Assembly: GCF_963921235.1 (NCBI RefSeq)
Contig: NC_086101.1
Coordinates: 3,350,001-3,414,000, forward strand
Source: Mobula hypostoma
Lineage: Eukaryota
Direction of reading: 5' to 3'
Length of the DNA: 64,000 nucleotides
Below the pieces are notes generated by a model. The model did no database searches, was not told where the DNA came from, and saw only the letters and a program-made list of their open reading frames with translations. Both the position numbers and the translations under genes were made by a program. Positions 37,381-50,180 of the stretch are shown piece after piece (position 1 is the first letter of the stretch; each line of letters starts with the position of its first letter).

Positions 37381-37829
37381 AAGGTCAGATTGGAGGGGGG
37401 AGTGAGGACCCCAGGGGTGACTATACAGGGTGATACACCGGCGGGGGGGGGGGGTTGTGCTTGAGAGAGAAGTTGGGATCTTGGGACCTAGGTGAGTGTT
37501 GGAGTTCGTGTTCGGTTTTAATGTCATTTCAACAGTAAACATGTTTTCCTACCAAATGAAATGTTTTGCGCAACACATGCTGTAGTTTTATTACCACCAA
37601 TAAATTAACAAATAATAAGAGGATGGGAGTTCAAAAGTCTACAGTACTGGTGCTTCATAGAGGACAATACAGTACCTGGTTGTTGTCAGGGAGTTCAGTA
37701 GTCTCAAGGTCTGGGGGAAGATACTGTTTCCCATCGTAACGCCGCCATCCTCATACCACCGTACCTCCTGCCTGATGGTTTGGGGTCAAAGAGATTGTGG
37801 ATGGATGGGAGGGTTTCCTGATATTGAAC

Positions 37830-38410
37830 CCATTAGGTATCACTGATATTTTCCTAAGAGTAATAGTGCAATACTTCACCTGCAAATCTGGAGAGGTTGT
37901 CTTTTGTATCCAGTGTTTCTGATGAGGGCTCCTTCATATTGGTGAGACAGAATGTAAATTGGGGGGCCCCTGTCAAGCACCTTCACTCCATCTGCCAAAA
38001 GCAGGCATTACTGGTGGCCAACCATTTTAACTCCAATCTCCATTCCTGCTCTGTTATGTTGGCCCATGGCCTCCTCTTCTGTCACGATGACCCTTCATAT
38101 TTTGTCTGGGTAGCCTCCGACCTGATGTCATGAACATGGGTTTCTCCGCTCAGTGATTCCCGTCCTCCCCCCTTCAATTCCCCACTCTTACCTCTTCCCC
38201 TCGCCTCTGTTGATGACCCTCCCCCACCTTCCCTATCTTACGTGGTCAACTCTGCTCTCCTATCAGATTTCTCCTTCTCCAGCCTTCCTTTTGCCTTTCC
38301 CAGCTTCTTACTTCATTCCCCTCCCTCCTTTACACACCAGACTTCAGCTTTCAGCTTCTTGCTTGTCCTCCTTCCTTTCCAGTTCATTTCCAGAATTTTG
38401 TGTGTGTTCC
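37830..38410 (+). mobile_element. Penelope-like element 3' remnant (GIY-YIG region)
   Basis: HLHSIC..LVANHFNS motif in ORF 37897-38133 followed by a pyrimidine-rich tail like other PLE copies here. Confidence 0.6.
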
Positions 38411-38489
38411 TCTACAGTTGCCGTGCCAGCTCCACCAAAATCAGTCCCGTTTTCCCCATGGGAGGCACAGGAGGAAAGGTCAAAGATCA

Positions 38490-38875
38490 GCTTTAGTTGT
38501 CACTTGAACATTGAGTGGAGATATGTGTCTACCACAGGAGGTGTAAGGCACTCCTTCCCTCTTTTAGCCTGCAGGTCACCCGTGTAGCACCTGTTTAGCC
38601 CCCGATCAGGGTCACGTGAATCCACGGGAGCAGGTGGTGGATGGTCGTATGAGCAGCTGGTGCATATCGCAAGTCCTGGTTATGTGACCACTGACGCCAG
38701 GCAGACAATCTCTGACGAGTATTGATAACGGCTGGGGTCACCTGTTTTGTAAAGATACTGCTCAGAAGGCGGCAATGATGAACCACTTCTGTAGGAAAAA
38801 TTTGCCAAGAGCTCTCTTGGTCAAAGACTGTGATCTCACACTTCATACGACACGGCACACAGTGATGGTGAAGAC
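38490..38875 (+). mobile_element. Probable RTE-related SINE-like repeat
   Basis: AGAAGGCGGCAATGATGAACCACTTCTGTAGGAAAAATTTGCCAAGA resembles the Bov-A/RTE-type motif; family assignment from memory only. Confidence 0.35.
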
Positions 38876-38985
38876 GCAGCCCGAGGATGTGCTGGGGGTA
38901 GCCAGGGATTGTCACCACGTCAACATAGTACACAAATTCGTCTTGGGATTGTGGGCGGAAACCAGAGCGCGACACTTTGACCGAT

Positions 38986-39390
38986 CACCTCCCAGACCCA
39001 CCCACACCATCTAAACCTCCCTCACCTCTCACCTCCCAGCCCACCCACACCATCTAAACCCCCCTCACCTCTCACCTCCCAGACCCACCCACACCATCTA
39101 AACCCCTCTCACCTCCCAGACCCACCCACACCATCTGCCTGTTCACCTATCACCTCCCAGACCCACCCACACCATCTAAACCCCCCTCACCTCTCACCTC
39201 CCAGACCCACCCACACCATCTGCCTGTTCACCTATCACCTCCCAGACCCACCCACACCATCTAAACCCCCCTCACCTATCACCTCCCAGACCCACCCACA
39301 CCATCTGCCCGTTCACCTCTCACCTCCCGGCCCACCCACACCTACCCCCTCACCTCTCACCTCCCAGCCCACCCACACCATCTACCCCCC
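38986..39390. repeat. Minisatellite C: about 43-bp C-rich unit, about 10 copies
   Basis: CACCTCCCAGACCCACCCACACCATCT followed by AAACCCCCCTCACCTCT or GCCTGTTCACCTAT. Confidence 0.93.
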
Positions 39391-39776
39391 CACCTTCTAA
39401 TTCTGTTTTCTTCACCCTTCCTTTCCAGTCCTGAAGAGGGGTCTCAGCCTGAAACCTTGACTGTTCCATATCAAAATCAGGTTTATTATCACTGATGTAT
39501 GTTGTGAAGTTTGTTTTGCAGCAGCAAAACATTGCAACATTTACATACATTTTAATAAGAATATATTTTAAAAAGAATATCCAGTGGATCCAGGTTAATT
39601 GGGACACATCAGTACATTTTGACCCAATTAAGTGGCTGTCCCAATTATCTAGTGTTTCTTGGAAATAGTTAAAAAGACATAAAAAAAGAGAAGGCACCAT
39701 TTTAACAGAGTAGCAATTTGTGTAGTTGTGAAGTCTATCAATCTACTACAAACTGTGTTAGTTCTTAACCACTATC

Positions 39777-42222
39777 CATAGAAACCATAGAAACTACAGC
39801 ACAGAAACAGGCCCTTTGGCCCTTCTTGGCTGTGCTGAACCATTTTCTGCCTAGTCCCACTGACCTGCACATGGACCATATCCCTCCATACACCTCCCAT
39901 CCATGTATCTGTCCAATTTATTCTTAAATGTTAAAAAAGAACCCGCATTTACCACCTCGTCTGGCAGCTCATTCCATACTCCCACCACTCTCTGTGTGAA
40001 GAAGCCCCCACTAATGTTCCCTTTAAACTCCCCACCCTCACCCTTAACCCATGTCCTCTTTTTTTTCTCCCCTTGCCTCAGTGGAAAAAGCCTGCTTGCA
40101 TTCACTCTATCTATACCCATCATAATTTTATATACCTCTATCAAATCTCCCCTCATTCTTCTACGCTCCAGGGAATAAAGTCCTAACCTATTCAATCTTT
40201 CTCTGTAACTGAGTTTCTCAAGTCCCGACAACATCCTTGTAAACCTTCTCTGCACTCTTTCAACCTTATTTATATCCTTCTTGTAATTTGGTGACCAAAA
40301 CTGAACACAATACTCCAGATTCGGCCTCACCAATGCCTTATACAACCTCATGATAACATTCCAGCTCTTATACTCAATACTTTGATTAATAAAGGCCAAT
40401 GTACCAAAAGCTCTCTTTACGACCCTATCTACCTGTGACGACACTTTCAGGGAATTTTGTATCTGTATTCCTAGATCCCTCTGTTCCACTGCATTCCTCA
40501 GTGCCTTACCATTAACCCTGTGTGTTCTACGTTGGTTTGTCCTTCCAATGTGCAATACCTCACACTTCTCAGTATTAAACTCCATCTGCCATTTTTCAGC
40601 CCATTTTTCCAGCTGGTCCAAGTCCCTCTGCAGGCTCTGAAAACCTTCCTCACTGTCTACTACACCTCCAATCTTTGTATCATCAGCAAACTTGCTGATC
40701 CAATTTACCACATTATCATCCAGATCATTGATATAGATGACAAATAACAATGGACCCAGCACTGATCCCTGTGGCACACCACTAGCCACAGGCCTCCACT
40801 CAGAGAAGCAATTCTCTACCACCACTCTCTGGCTTCTTCCATCAAGCCAATGTTTAATCCAATTTACCACCTCTCCATGTATACCTAGCGACTGAATTTT
40901 CCTAACTAACCTCCCATGTGGGACCTTGTCAAAGGCCTTACTGAAGTCCATGTAGACAATATCCACTGCCTTCCCTTCATCCACTTTCCTGGTAACCTCC
41001 TCGAAAAACTCCAACAGATTGGTCAAACATGACCTACCACGCACAAAGCCATGTTGACTCTCCCTAATAAGCCCCTGTCTATCCAAATGCTTGTAGATTC
41101 TGTCTCTTAGTACTCCCTCCAATAACTTACCTACTACTGACGTTAAACTCACCGGCCTATAATTTCCCGGATTACTTTTCGATCCTTTTTTAAACAACGG
41201 AACAACATGAGCCACTCTCCAATCCTCCGGCACTTCACCCATAGACAGCGACATTTTAAATATTTCTGCCAGGGCCCCCGCAATTTCAACACTAGTCTCC
41301 TTCAAGGTCTGAGGGAACACTCTGTCAGGTCCCGGGGATTTATCCACTTTAATTTTCCTCAAGACAGCAAGCACCTCCTCCTTTTCAATCTGTACAGTTT
41401 CCATGGTCTCACTACTTGATTCCCTCAATTCCATAGATTTCATGCCAGCTTCCTTAGTAAATACAGACGCAAAAAAACTATTTAAGATCTCCCCCATTTC
41501 CTTTGGTTCCGCACAAAGCCGACCACTCTGATCTTCAAGAGGACCAATTTTATCCCTTACAATCCTTTTGCTCTTAATATACTTGTAAAAGCTCTTTGGA
41601 TTATCCTTCACTTTGACTGCCAAGGCAACCTCATGTCTTCTTTTAGCCCTCCTGATTTCTTTCTTAAGTATTTTCTTGCACTTCTTATACTCCTCAAGCA
41701 CCTGATTTACTCCCTGTTTCCTATACATTTCATACAACTCGCTCTTCTTCTTTATCAGAGTTGCAATATCCCTTGAGAGCCAAGGTTCCTTATTCCTATT
41801 CAATTTGCCTTTAATCCTGACAGGAACATACAAACTCTGCACTCTCAAAATTTCCCCTTTGAAGGCTTCCCACCTACCAATCACATCTTTGCCAGAGAAC
41901 AACCTGTCCCAATCCACGCTTTTTAGATCCTTTCTCATTTCTTCAAATTTGGCCTTTTTCCAGTTCAGAACCTCAACCCTAGGACCAGATCTATCCTTGT
42001 CCATGATCAAATTGAAACTAATGGTGTTATGATCACTGGAACCAAAGTGCTCCCCTACACAGACTTCTGTCACTTGCCCTAATTCGTTTCCTAACAGGAG
42101 ATCCAGTATTGCATCCCCTCTAGTTGGTCCCTCTATATATTGATTTAGAAAACTTTCCTGAAGACATTTTACAAACTCTAAACCATCTAGACCCCTAACA
42201 GTATGGGAGTCCCAATCAATAT
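39777..42222 (-). mobile_element. Young 5'-truncated CR1 LINE
   Basis: 3' tail CATAGAAACCATAGAAAC on the plus strand; TATC at both junctions (39773-39776 and 42220-42223); open ORF2. Confidence 0.97.
39851..42073 (-). pseudogene. CR1 ORF2p (end of endonuclease plus full reverse transcriptase), N-terminally truncated, 740 aa open
   Basis: [40 protein letters not shown] and KFADDTK; frame stays open upstream to the truncation point near 42220. Confidence 0.93.
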
Positions 42223-43509
42223 CGAGGGAGGGTTTCGTCCAAAGTCAGCACAGACACCTGGTGCAGAGAATGGACTGCTTTCACGCATTGCTTTTGGCAG
42301 CTGCATCCTCTAGATCTTCATTTTCATTAGCATTCTGTATGATTGTATCTTTGCAGTTCCTCACTTTCTGAAGAACTGAAACGGTTTCAGTCCCAGCCAT
42401 TTCTGCCATCTCAAAGCCTGAATGCTTGAAACCACAGTTCTGAATCGCCTCACTGCTTACTTCTCACCGCCATTCAGTGACAAAAGCCTCTGCTTTCTGA
42501 ACAGCTCACGCTACTTTCAAATCTGTCCGCTCTAAGCACAGCGCAGTGTTTAACGGCCACACAAGTGCATGTGACTGGTGCTAGTTAGAAGCCGTTCGGC
42601 AGCAGTGCCCAGCCCCAATTATGTGCCATAGTGTCCCGAATAAATGAAGGGAGTCGCAGCTATTTTCTCAAATAGGTTTTGCTCTTTACGAGTTGTCCCA
42701 TAAGCAGATGCCCCGATTAGCTGATGGCACGATTAACATGAATCCACTGTCAGAAAAGTAATACAGTAACAGAGCAAATAGTGACACAAAGACAAGAAAA
42801 ATCTGCACAGGTTCTGCAAATCCGAGCAAGACACACAAAATGCTGGAGGAACTCAGTAGGCCAGGTAGCATCTATGGAAAAGAGAAAACAGTCAACGTTT
42901 TGGGCCGAGACCCTTCATGGAAAAGTGAGGTGGTGTTGGTGGGTTCATGGACTATTTTGAAATCTGATGGCAGAGGGGTAGAAGCTGTTCTTGAAACCTT
43001 GAGTGTGTGTGTCTTCGGACTCCTGCACCAGCACCTTGATGGTAGCAATGAGAAGAGGGCATGTCCTGGGTGAAGGGGGTGATTGAGCAGGGATGCCACC
43101 CTCAGACCTGTTCGCAGTGGTGGGGAGGTTAGTGCCGATGATGGAGCTGGGCTGAGGTTAAAACTTTCTGCAGCGTTTTCTGCTGCCGTGCGATAGATCA
43201 TCCGTCCCAGACGGTGATGCAATCAGTCAGATGCATCAGTAGCAATTTGGGGACGTACCAAATCTGAAACTTCCATTGAGATATCGTCACCGTTTTGTCA
43301 GTCAGAGTTGCACCAGTATGCTGTTGTGTGTTTCTCCACAGTTCCGGCATCTGCAGAATCTCTTATGTTTAAGATGTAAGGGGGTGTCTGGAGAGGCACA
43401 GAGAACTGAAATCAGGTTTAATATCACTTGTTGTTTTGTGCACGTTCCAATAAGAACTACAAATTATAATAAAAATATTTACGAAGTGAACGAGGTGAGG
43501 TGAGGGCCT

Positions 43510-44082
43510 CCATCGGTCAAAGCTGACCAAGGATATTATGTCCCAGCTGTGTAGATACACGAGCCTGGACAGTAGGATATGGAGAGCAAGCTGTTGTCCA
43601 TGTAACCAGCTTCCCCTGGCTGTGCATCTGATGAGCCCAAGGGAACAGCAGAGACTGAAACAGTTTGGTGCCAGAAGCGATGCCGGAGTTGCCAGTCAGC
43701 ATTGAACTCGATGCAGGACCTTAGGGATTCCAGCTCCAGGTTTTTTCCTCAGGGTTTACTCCCAAAGCCTTCCCCGGGAGTGGGAATAGCCGCAGGGCAG
43801 CGGAGGTTTGAGATCGGAGTTTTCCTTCCAGATGAGCTGCCAATCATGGCTAATGAACACCATCTGCCCGGTGACTGGTTTTAAGGCACCAGGAACCCAC
43901 CTTTGCACCTTCTCCTGTCAGTAGAAACAGTTCCACCAGGCTGAGTAGCTAAGCCACACGTGAAGGCCAGGAGCTGGACTTGGTTGTCAGAGGCCGTTTG
44001 AGATGCACACCACTGGGAGCATTTAAAAGGTAATGGGAGCTTATCCCCACTACCAGCCCTGGAGATAACAACCTTGGGGAAC
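43510..44082. mobile_element. Unclassified interspersed repeat, possibly RTE 5'-derived
   Basis: Resemblance from memory only; its end forms the start of the triplicated unit. Confidence 0.3.
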
Positions 44083-44211
44083 CAGTAGAGTTAAATTAAG
44101 TAAGTTGTGAAAAAAAGAAAGAAAATACTGATGTAGAGTTCCTGGGGTCATTGCAACACTCACAACACGCTGGAGGAACTCAGCAGGTAGGGCAGCATCC
44201 TTGGAAAAGAA

Positions 44212-44249
44212 CAGTCAACGTTTCGGGCTGGAACCCTTCGTCAGGACTG
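44212..44249 (-). ncRNA. Minimal type I hammerhead ribozyme motif, copy 1
   Basis: CAGTC-CTGACGA-A-GGGT-TCCA-GCCC-GAAA-CGTT-GACTG: 5-bp stem I, 4-bp stem II, core boxes, palindromic AACGTT in place of stem III. Confidence 0.7.
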
Positions 44250-44717
44250 AAGAGGGAGGAGGCAGAGGCCCTATAAAGAAGGTGGGGGAGGGTGGGAAGG
44301 AGAAGGCTGGCAGGTGGGTTCATTGTCTAGTCCGACATCTGAAATGGAGGGGAAGAAGCTGTTCCTGAAATGTTGAGTTTGCTTCTTCAGGCTCCTGTCC
44401 CTCCTCCCTGATGGTAGCAATCAGAAGAGGGTGAAGGGGGTCTTTAAAGATGAATACCACCTTTTTAAGACATCGCCTTTTGAAGATGACCTCGATGCGT
44501 CCCCTCCCCACCAAGAAGGGTTGCAAACACAGCTAGCTCCATCATGGACACTGTCCTCGCCAGCATCGAAGAGGTATCAAAAGGCGATCCCTCAGAAAGG
44601 CTGCATCCCTCATCCTATGCAGTGGTCCTTCAAACCCGCCGGTGATGGAGCCAGTTTGAACGCTCAGGTCAGGCCTCGAAACAGAGAAAGGAGGACCCTG
44701 GAGGGGAACATTCCTCC

Positions 44718-46807
44718 TGCAGGCTTCCACTGACTCCACAAGCAGAGACTTTGCACTAAGTGGGCACTGAGCTCCCTGCCAGCTGGGACCAGCAGCCTTC
44801 CACTGACTCCACAAGCAGAGACTTTGCACTGTGAGTGGGCACCGAGCTCCCTGCCAGCTGGGACCAGCAGCCTTCCACTGACTCCACAAGCAGAGACTTT
44901 GCACTGAGTGGGCACTGAACTCCCTGCCAGCTGGGACCAGCAGGCTGCCACTGACTCTGAGACTTTGCACTGTGAGTGGGCACCGAGCTCCCTGCCAGCT
45001 GGGACCAGCGGCCTTCCACTGACTCCACAAGCAGAGACTTTGCACTGAGTGGGCACTGAGCTCCCTGCCAGCTGGGACCAGCTGCCTTCCACTGACTCCA
45101 CAAGCAGAGACTTTGCACTGAGTGGGCACTGAGCTCCCTGCCAGCTGGGACCAGCAGCCTTCCACTGACTCCACAAGCAGAGACTTTGCACTGAGTGGGC
45201 ACCGAGCTCCCTGCCAGCTGGGACCAGCAGCCTTCCACTGACTCCACAAGCAGAGACTTTGCACTGAGCGGGCACCGAGCTCCCCGCCAGCTGGAACCAG
45301 CAGCCTTCCACTGACTCCACAAGCAGAGACTTTGCACTGTGAGTGGGCACCGAGCTCCCCGCCAGCTGGGACCAGCAGCCTTCCACTGACTCCGGAAGCA
45401 GAAACTTTGCACTGAGTGGGCACCGAGCTCCCTGCCAGCTGGGACCAGCAGGCTGCCACTGACTCTGAGACTTTGCACTGTGAGTGGACACCGAGCTCCC
45501 TGCCAGCTGGGACCAGCAGCCTTCCACTGACTCCACAAGCAGAGACTTTGCACTGTGAGTGGGCACCGAGCTCCCTGCCAGCTGGGACCAGCAGCCTTCC
45601 ACTGACTCCACAAGCAGAGACTTTGCACTGAGTGGGCACTGAACTCCCTGCCAGCTGGGACCAGCAGGCTGCCACTGACTCTGAGACTTTGCACTGTGAG
45701 TGGGCACCGAGCTCCCTGCCAGCTGGGACCAGCAGCCTTCCACTGACTCCACAAGCAGAGACTTTGCGCTGTGAGTGGGCACCGAGCTCCCCGCCAGCTG
45801 GGACCAGCAGCCTTCCACTGACTCCAGAAGCAGAAACTTTGCACTGAGTGGGCACCGAGCTCCCTGCCAGCTGGGACCAGCAGGCTGCCACTGACTCTGA
45901 GACTTTGCACTGTGAGTAGACACCGAGCTCCCTGCCAGCTGGGACCAGCAGCCTTCCACTGACTCCACAAGCAGAGACTTTGCACTGTGAGTGGGCACCG
46001 AGCTCCCTGCCAGCTGGGACCAGCAGCCTTCCACTGACTCCACAAGCAGAGACTTTGCACTGAGTGGGCACTGAACTCCCTGCCAGCTGGGACCAGCAGG
46101 CTGCCACTGACTCTGAGACTTTGGACTGTGAGTGGGCACCGAGCTCCCTGCCAGCTTGGACCAGCAGCCTTCCACTGACTCCACAAGCAGAGACTTTGCA
46201 CTGAGTGGGCACTGAGCTCCCTGCCAGCTGGGACCAGCAGGCTGCCACTGACTCTGAGACTTTGCACTGTGAGTGGACACCGAGCTCCCTGCCAGCTGGG
46301 ACCAGCAGCCTTCCACTGACTCCACAAGCAGAGACTTTGCACTGTGAGTGGGCACCGAGCTCCCCGCCAGCTGGGACCAGCAGCCTTCCACTGACTCCGG
46401 AAGCTGAAACTTTGCACTGAGTGGGCACCGAGCTCCCTGCCAGCTGGGACCAGCAGGCTGCCACTGACTCTGAGACTTTGCACTGTGAGTGGGCACCGAG
46501 CTCCCTGCCAGCTGGGACCAGCAGCCTTCCACTGACTCCACAAGCAGAGACTTTGCACTGAGTGGGCACTGAGCTCCCTGCCAGCTGGGACCAGCAGCCT
46601 TCCACTGACTCCACAAGCAGAGACTTTGCACTGAGTGGGCACTGAGCTCCCTGCCAGCTGGGACCAGCAGCCTTCCACTGACTCCACAAGCAGAGACTTT
46701 GCACTGAGTGGGCACTGAGCTCCCTGCCAGCTGGGACCAGCAGCCTTCCACTGACTCCACAAGCAGAGACTTTGCACTGTGAGTGGGCACCGAGCTCCCC
46801 GCCAGCC
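44718..46807. repeat. Satellite D block 1 (66-75-bp monomer)
   Basis: AGACTTTGCACTG(TG)AGTGGGCACCGAGCTCCCTGCCAGCTGGGACCAGCAGCCTTCCACTGACTCCACAAGCAG. Confidence 0.98.
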
Positions 46808-46980
46808 CCACTACCCCACTACCAGCCCTGGAGATAACAACCTTGGGGAACCAGTAGAGTTAAATTAAGTAAGTTGTGCAAAAAAGAAAGAAAATACTGA
46901 TGTAGAGTTCCTGGGGTCATTGCAACACTCACAACACGCTGGAGGAACTCAGCAGGTAGGGCAGCATCCTTGGAAAAGAA

Positions 46981-47018
46981 CAGTCAACGTTTCGGGCTGG
47001 AACCCTTCGTCAGGACTG
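46981..47018 (-). ncRNA. Minimal hammerhead motif, copy 2
   Basis: Identical to 44212-44249. Confidence 0.7.
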
Positions 47019-47488
47019 AAGAGGGAGGAGGCAGAGGCCCTATAAAGAAGGTGGGGGAGGGTGGGAAGGAGAAGGCTGGTAGGTGGGTTCATTGTCTAGT
47101 CCGACATCTGAAATGGAGGGGAAGAAGCTGTTCCTGAAATGTTGAGTTTGCTTCTTCAGGCTCCTGTCCCTCCTCCCTGATGGTAGCAATCAGAAGAGGG
47201 TGAAGGGGGTCTTTAAAGATGAATACCACCTTTTTGAGACATCGCCTTTTGAAGATGACCTCGATGCGTCCCCTCCCCACCAAGAAGGGTTGCAAACACA
47301 GCTAGCTCCATCATGGACACTGTCCTCGCCAGCATCGAAGAGGTATCAAAAGGCGATCCCTCAGAAAGGCTGCATCCCTCATCCTATGCAGTGGTCCTTC
47401 AAACCCGCCGGTGATGGAGCCAGTTTGAACGCTCAGGTCAGGCCTCGAAACAGAGAAAGGAGGACCCTGGAGGGGAACATTCCTCCTG

Positions 47489-49499
47489 CAGGCTTCCACT
47501 GACTCCACAAGCAGAGACTTTGCACTGAGTGGGCACCGAGCTCCCTGCCAGCTGGGACCAGCAGCCTTCCACTGACTCCAGAAGCAGAGACTTTGCACTG
47601 AGTGGGCACCGAGCTCCCTGCCAGCTGGGACCAGCAGCCTTCCACTGACTCCACAAGCAGAGACTTTGCACTGAGTGGGCACCGAGCTCCCTGCCAGCTG
47701 GGACCAGCAGCCTTCCACTGACTCCGGAAGCAGAAACTTTGCACTGAGTGGGCACCGAGCTCCCTGCCAGCTGGGACCAGCAGGCTGCCACTGACTCTGA
47801 GACTTTGCACTGTGAGTGGACACCGAGCTCCCTGCCAGCTGGGACCAGCAGCCTTCCACTGACTCCACAAGCAGAGACTTTGCACTGTGAGTGGGCACCG
47901 AGCTCCCTGCCAGCTGGGACCAGCAGCCTTCCACTGACTCCACAAGCAGAGACTTTGCACTGAGTGGGCACCGAGCTCCCTGCCAGCTGGGACCAGCAGC
48001 CTTCCACTGACTCCAGAAGCAGAGACTTTGCACTGAGTGGGCACCGAGCTCCCCGCCAGCTGGGACCAGCAGCCTTCCACTGACTCCACAAGCAGAGACT
48101 TTGCACTGAGTGGGCACCGAGCTCCCCGCCAGCTGGGACCAGCAGCCTTCCACTGACTCCGGAAGCAGAAACTTTGCACTGAGTGGGCACCGAGCTCCCT
48201 GCCAGCTGGGACCAGCAGGCTGCCACTGACTCTGAGACTTTGCACTGTGAGTGGACACCGAGCTCCCTGCCAGCTGGGACCAGCAGCCTTCCACTGACTC
48301 CACAAGCAGAGACTTTGCACTGTGAGTGGGCACCGAGCTCCCCTCCAGCTGGGACCAGCAGCCTTACACTGACTCCGGAAGCAGAAACTTTGCACTGAGT
48401 GGGCACCGAGCTCCCTGCCAGCTGGGACCAGCAGGCTGCCACTGACTCCACAAGCAGAGACTTTGCACTGAGTGGGCACTGAACTCCCTGCCAGCTGGGA
48501 CCAGCAGGCTGCCACTGACTCTGAGACTTTGCACTGTGAGTGGGCACCGAGCTCCCTGCCAGCTGGGACCAGCAGCCTTCCACTGACTCCACAAGCAGAG
48601 ACTTTGCACTGTGAGTGGGCACCGAGCTCCCCGCCAGCTGGGACCAGCAGCCTTCCACTGACTCCAGAAGCAGAAACTTTGCACTGAGTGGGCACCGAGC
48701 TCCCTGCCAGCTGGGACCAGCAGGCTGCCACTGACTCTGAGACTTTGCACTGTGAGTAGACACCGAGCTCCCTGCCAGCTGGGACCAGCAGCCTTCCACT
48801 GACTCCACAAGCAGAGACTTTGCACTGTGAGTGGGCACCGAGCTCCCTGCCAGCTGGGACCAGCAGCCTTCCACTGACTCCACAAGCAGAGACTTTGCAC
48901 TGAGTGGGCACTGAACTCCCTGCCAGCTGGGACCAGCAGGCTGCCACTGACTCTGAGACTTTGGACTGTGAGTGGGCACCGAGCTCCCTGCCAGCTTGGA
49001 CCAGCAGCCTTCCACTGACTCCACAAGCAGAGACTTTGCACTGAGTGGGCACTGAGCTCCCTGCCAGCTGGGACCAGCAGGCTGCCACTGACTCTGAGAC
49101 TTTGCACTGTGAGTGGACACCGAGCTCCCTGCCAGCTGGGACCAGCAGCCTTCCACTGACTCCACAAGCAGAGACTTTGCACTGTGAGTGGGCACCGAGC
49201 TCCCTGCCAGCTGGGACCAGCAGGCTGCCACTGACTCTGAGACTTTGCACTGAGTGGGCACTGAGCTCCCTGCCAGCTGGGACCAGCAGCCTTGCACTGA
49301 CTCCACAAGCAGAGACTTTGCACTGAGTGGGCACTGAGCTCCCTGCCAGCTGGGACCAGCAGCCTTCCACTGACTCCACAAGCAGAGACTTTGCACTGAG
49401 TGGGCACTGAGCTCCCTGCCAGCTGGGACCAACAGCCTTCCACTGACTCCACAAGCAGAGACTTTGCACTGTGAGTGGGCACCGAGCTCCCCGCCAGCC
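47489..49499. repeat. Satellite D block 2
   Basis: Same monomer; shares rare variants and their order with block 1. Confidence 0.98.
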
Positions 49500-49672
49500 C
49501 CACTACCCCACTACCAGCCCTGGAGATAACAACCTTGGGGAACCAGTAGAGTTAAATTAAGTAAGTTGTGCAAAAAAGAAAGAAAATACTGATGTAGAGT
49601 TCCTGGGGTCATTGCAACACTCACAACACGCTGGAGGAACTCAGCAGGTAGGGCAGCATCCTTGGAAAAGAA

Positions 49673-49710
49673 CAGTCAACGTTTCGGGCTGGAACCCTTC
49701 GTCAGGACTG
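49673..49710 (-). ncRNA. Minimal hammerhead motif, copy 3
   Basis: Identical to 44212-44249. Confidence 0.7.
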
Positions 49711-50180
49711 AAGAGGGAGGAGGCAGAGGCCCTATAAAGAAGGTGGGGGAGGGTGGGAAGGAGAAGGCTGGTAGGTGGGTTCATTGTCTAGTCCGACATC
49801 TGAAATGGAGGGGAAGAAGCTGTTCCTGAAATGTTGAGTTTGCTTCTTCAGGCTCCTGTCCCTCCTCCCTGATGGTAGCAATCAGAAGAGGGTGAAGGGG
49901 GTCTTTAAAGATGAATACCACCTTTTTGAGACATCGCCTTTTGAAGATGACCTCGATGCGTCCCCTCCCCACCAAGAAGGGTTGCAAACACAGCTAGCTC
50001 CATCATGGACACTGTCCTCGCCAGCATCGAAGAGGTATCAAAAGGCGATCCCTCAGAAAGGCTGCATCCCTCATCCTATGCAGTGGTCCTTCAAACCCGC
50101 CGGTGATGGAGCCAGTTTGAACGCTCAGGTCAGGCCTCGAAACAGAGAAAGGAGGACCCTGGAGGGGAACATTCCTCCTG

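Larger units (their letters stand above)
39582..42749 (-). mobile_element. Non-autonomous pogo/Tigger-type DNA transposon, split by a CR1 insertion
   Basis: Imperfect TIRs CAGTGGATCCAGGTTAAT and ATTAACATGAATCCACTG; minus-strand remnant near 42410-42490 reads W..EVSSEAIQNCGFKHSG, like the Tigger transposase C-terminus. Confidence 0.75.
44045..50180. repeat. Tandem triplication of a ~675-bp TE-mosaic spacer plus satellite block (periods 2769 and 2692 bp)
   Basis: Spacer copies start at 44045, 46814 and 49506; identical ORFs at 44320, 47089 and 49781. Confidence 0.97.

Noticed and set aside
36310..37542. Pro/Ser-rich 410-aa ORF resembling an extensin or mucin
   Set aside because: It is a translation of C-rich minisatellite B on the minus strand, open in several frames.
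43609..43645. CTGATGAG...GAAAC as another hammerhead
   Set aside because: No convincing stem I or stem II closes the core boxes.
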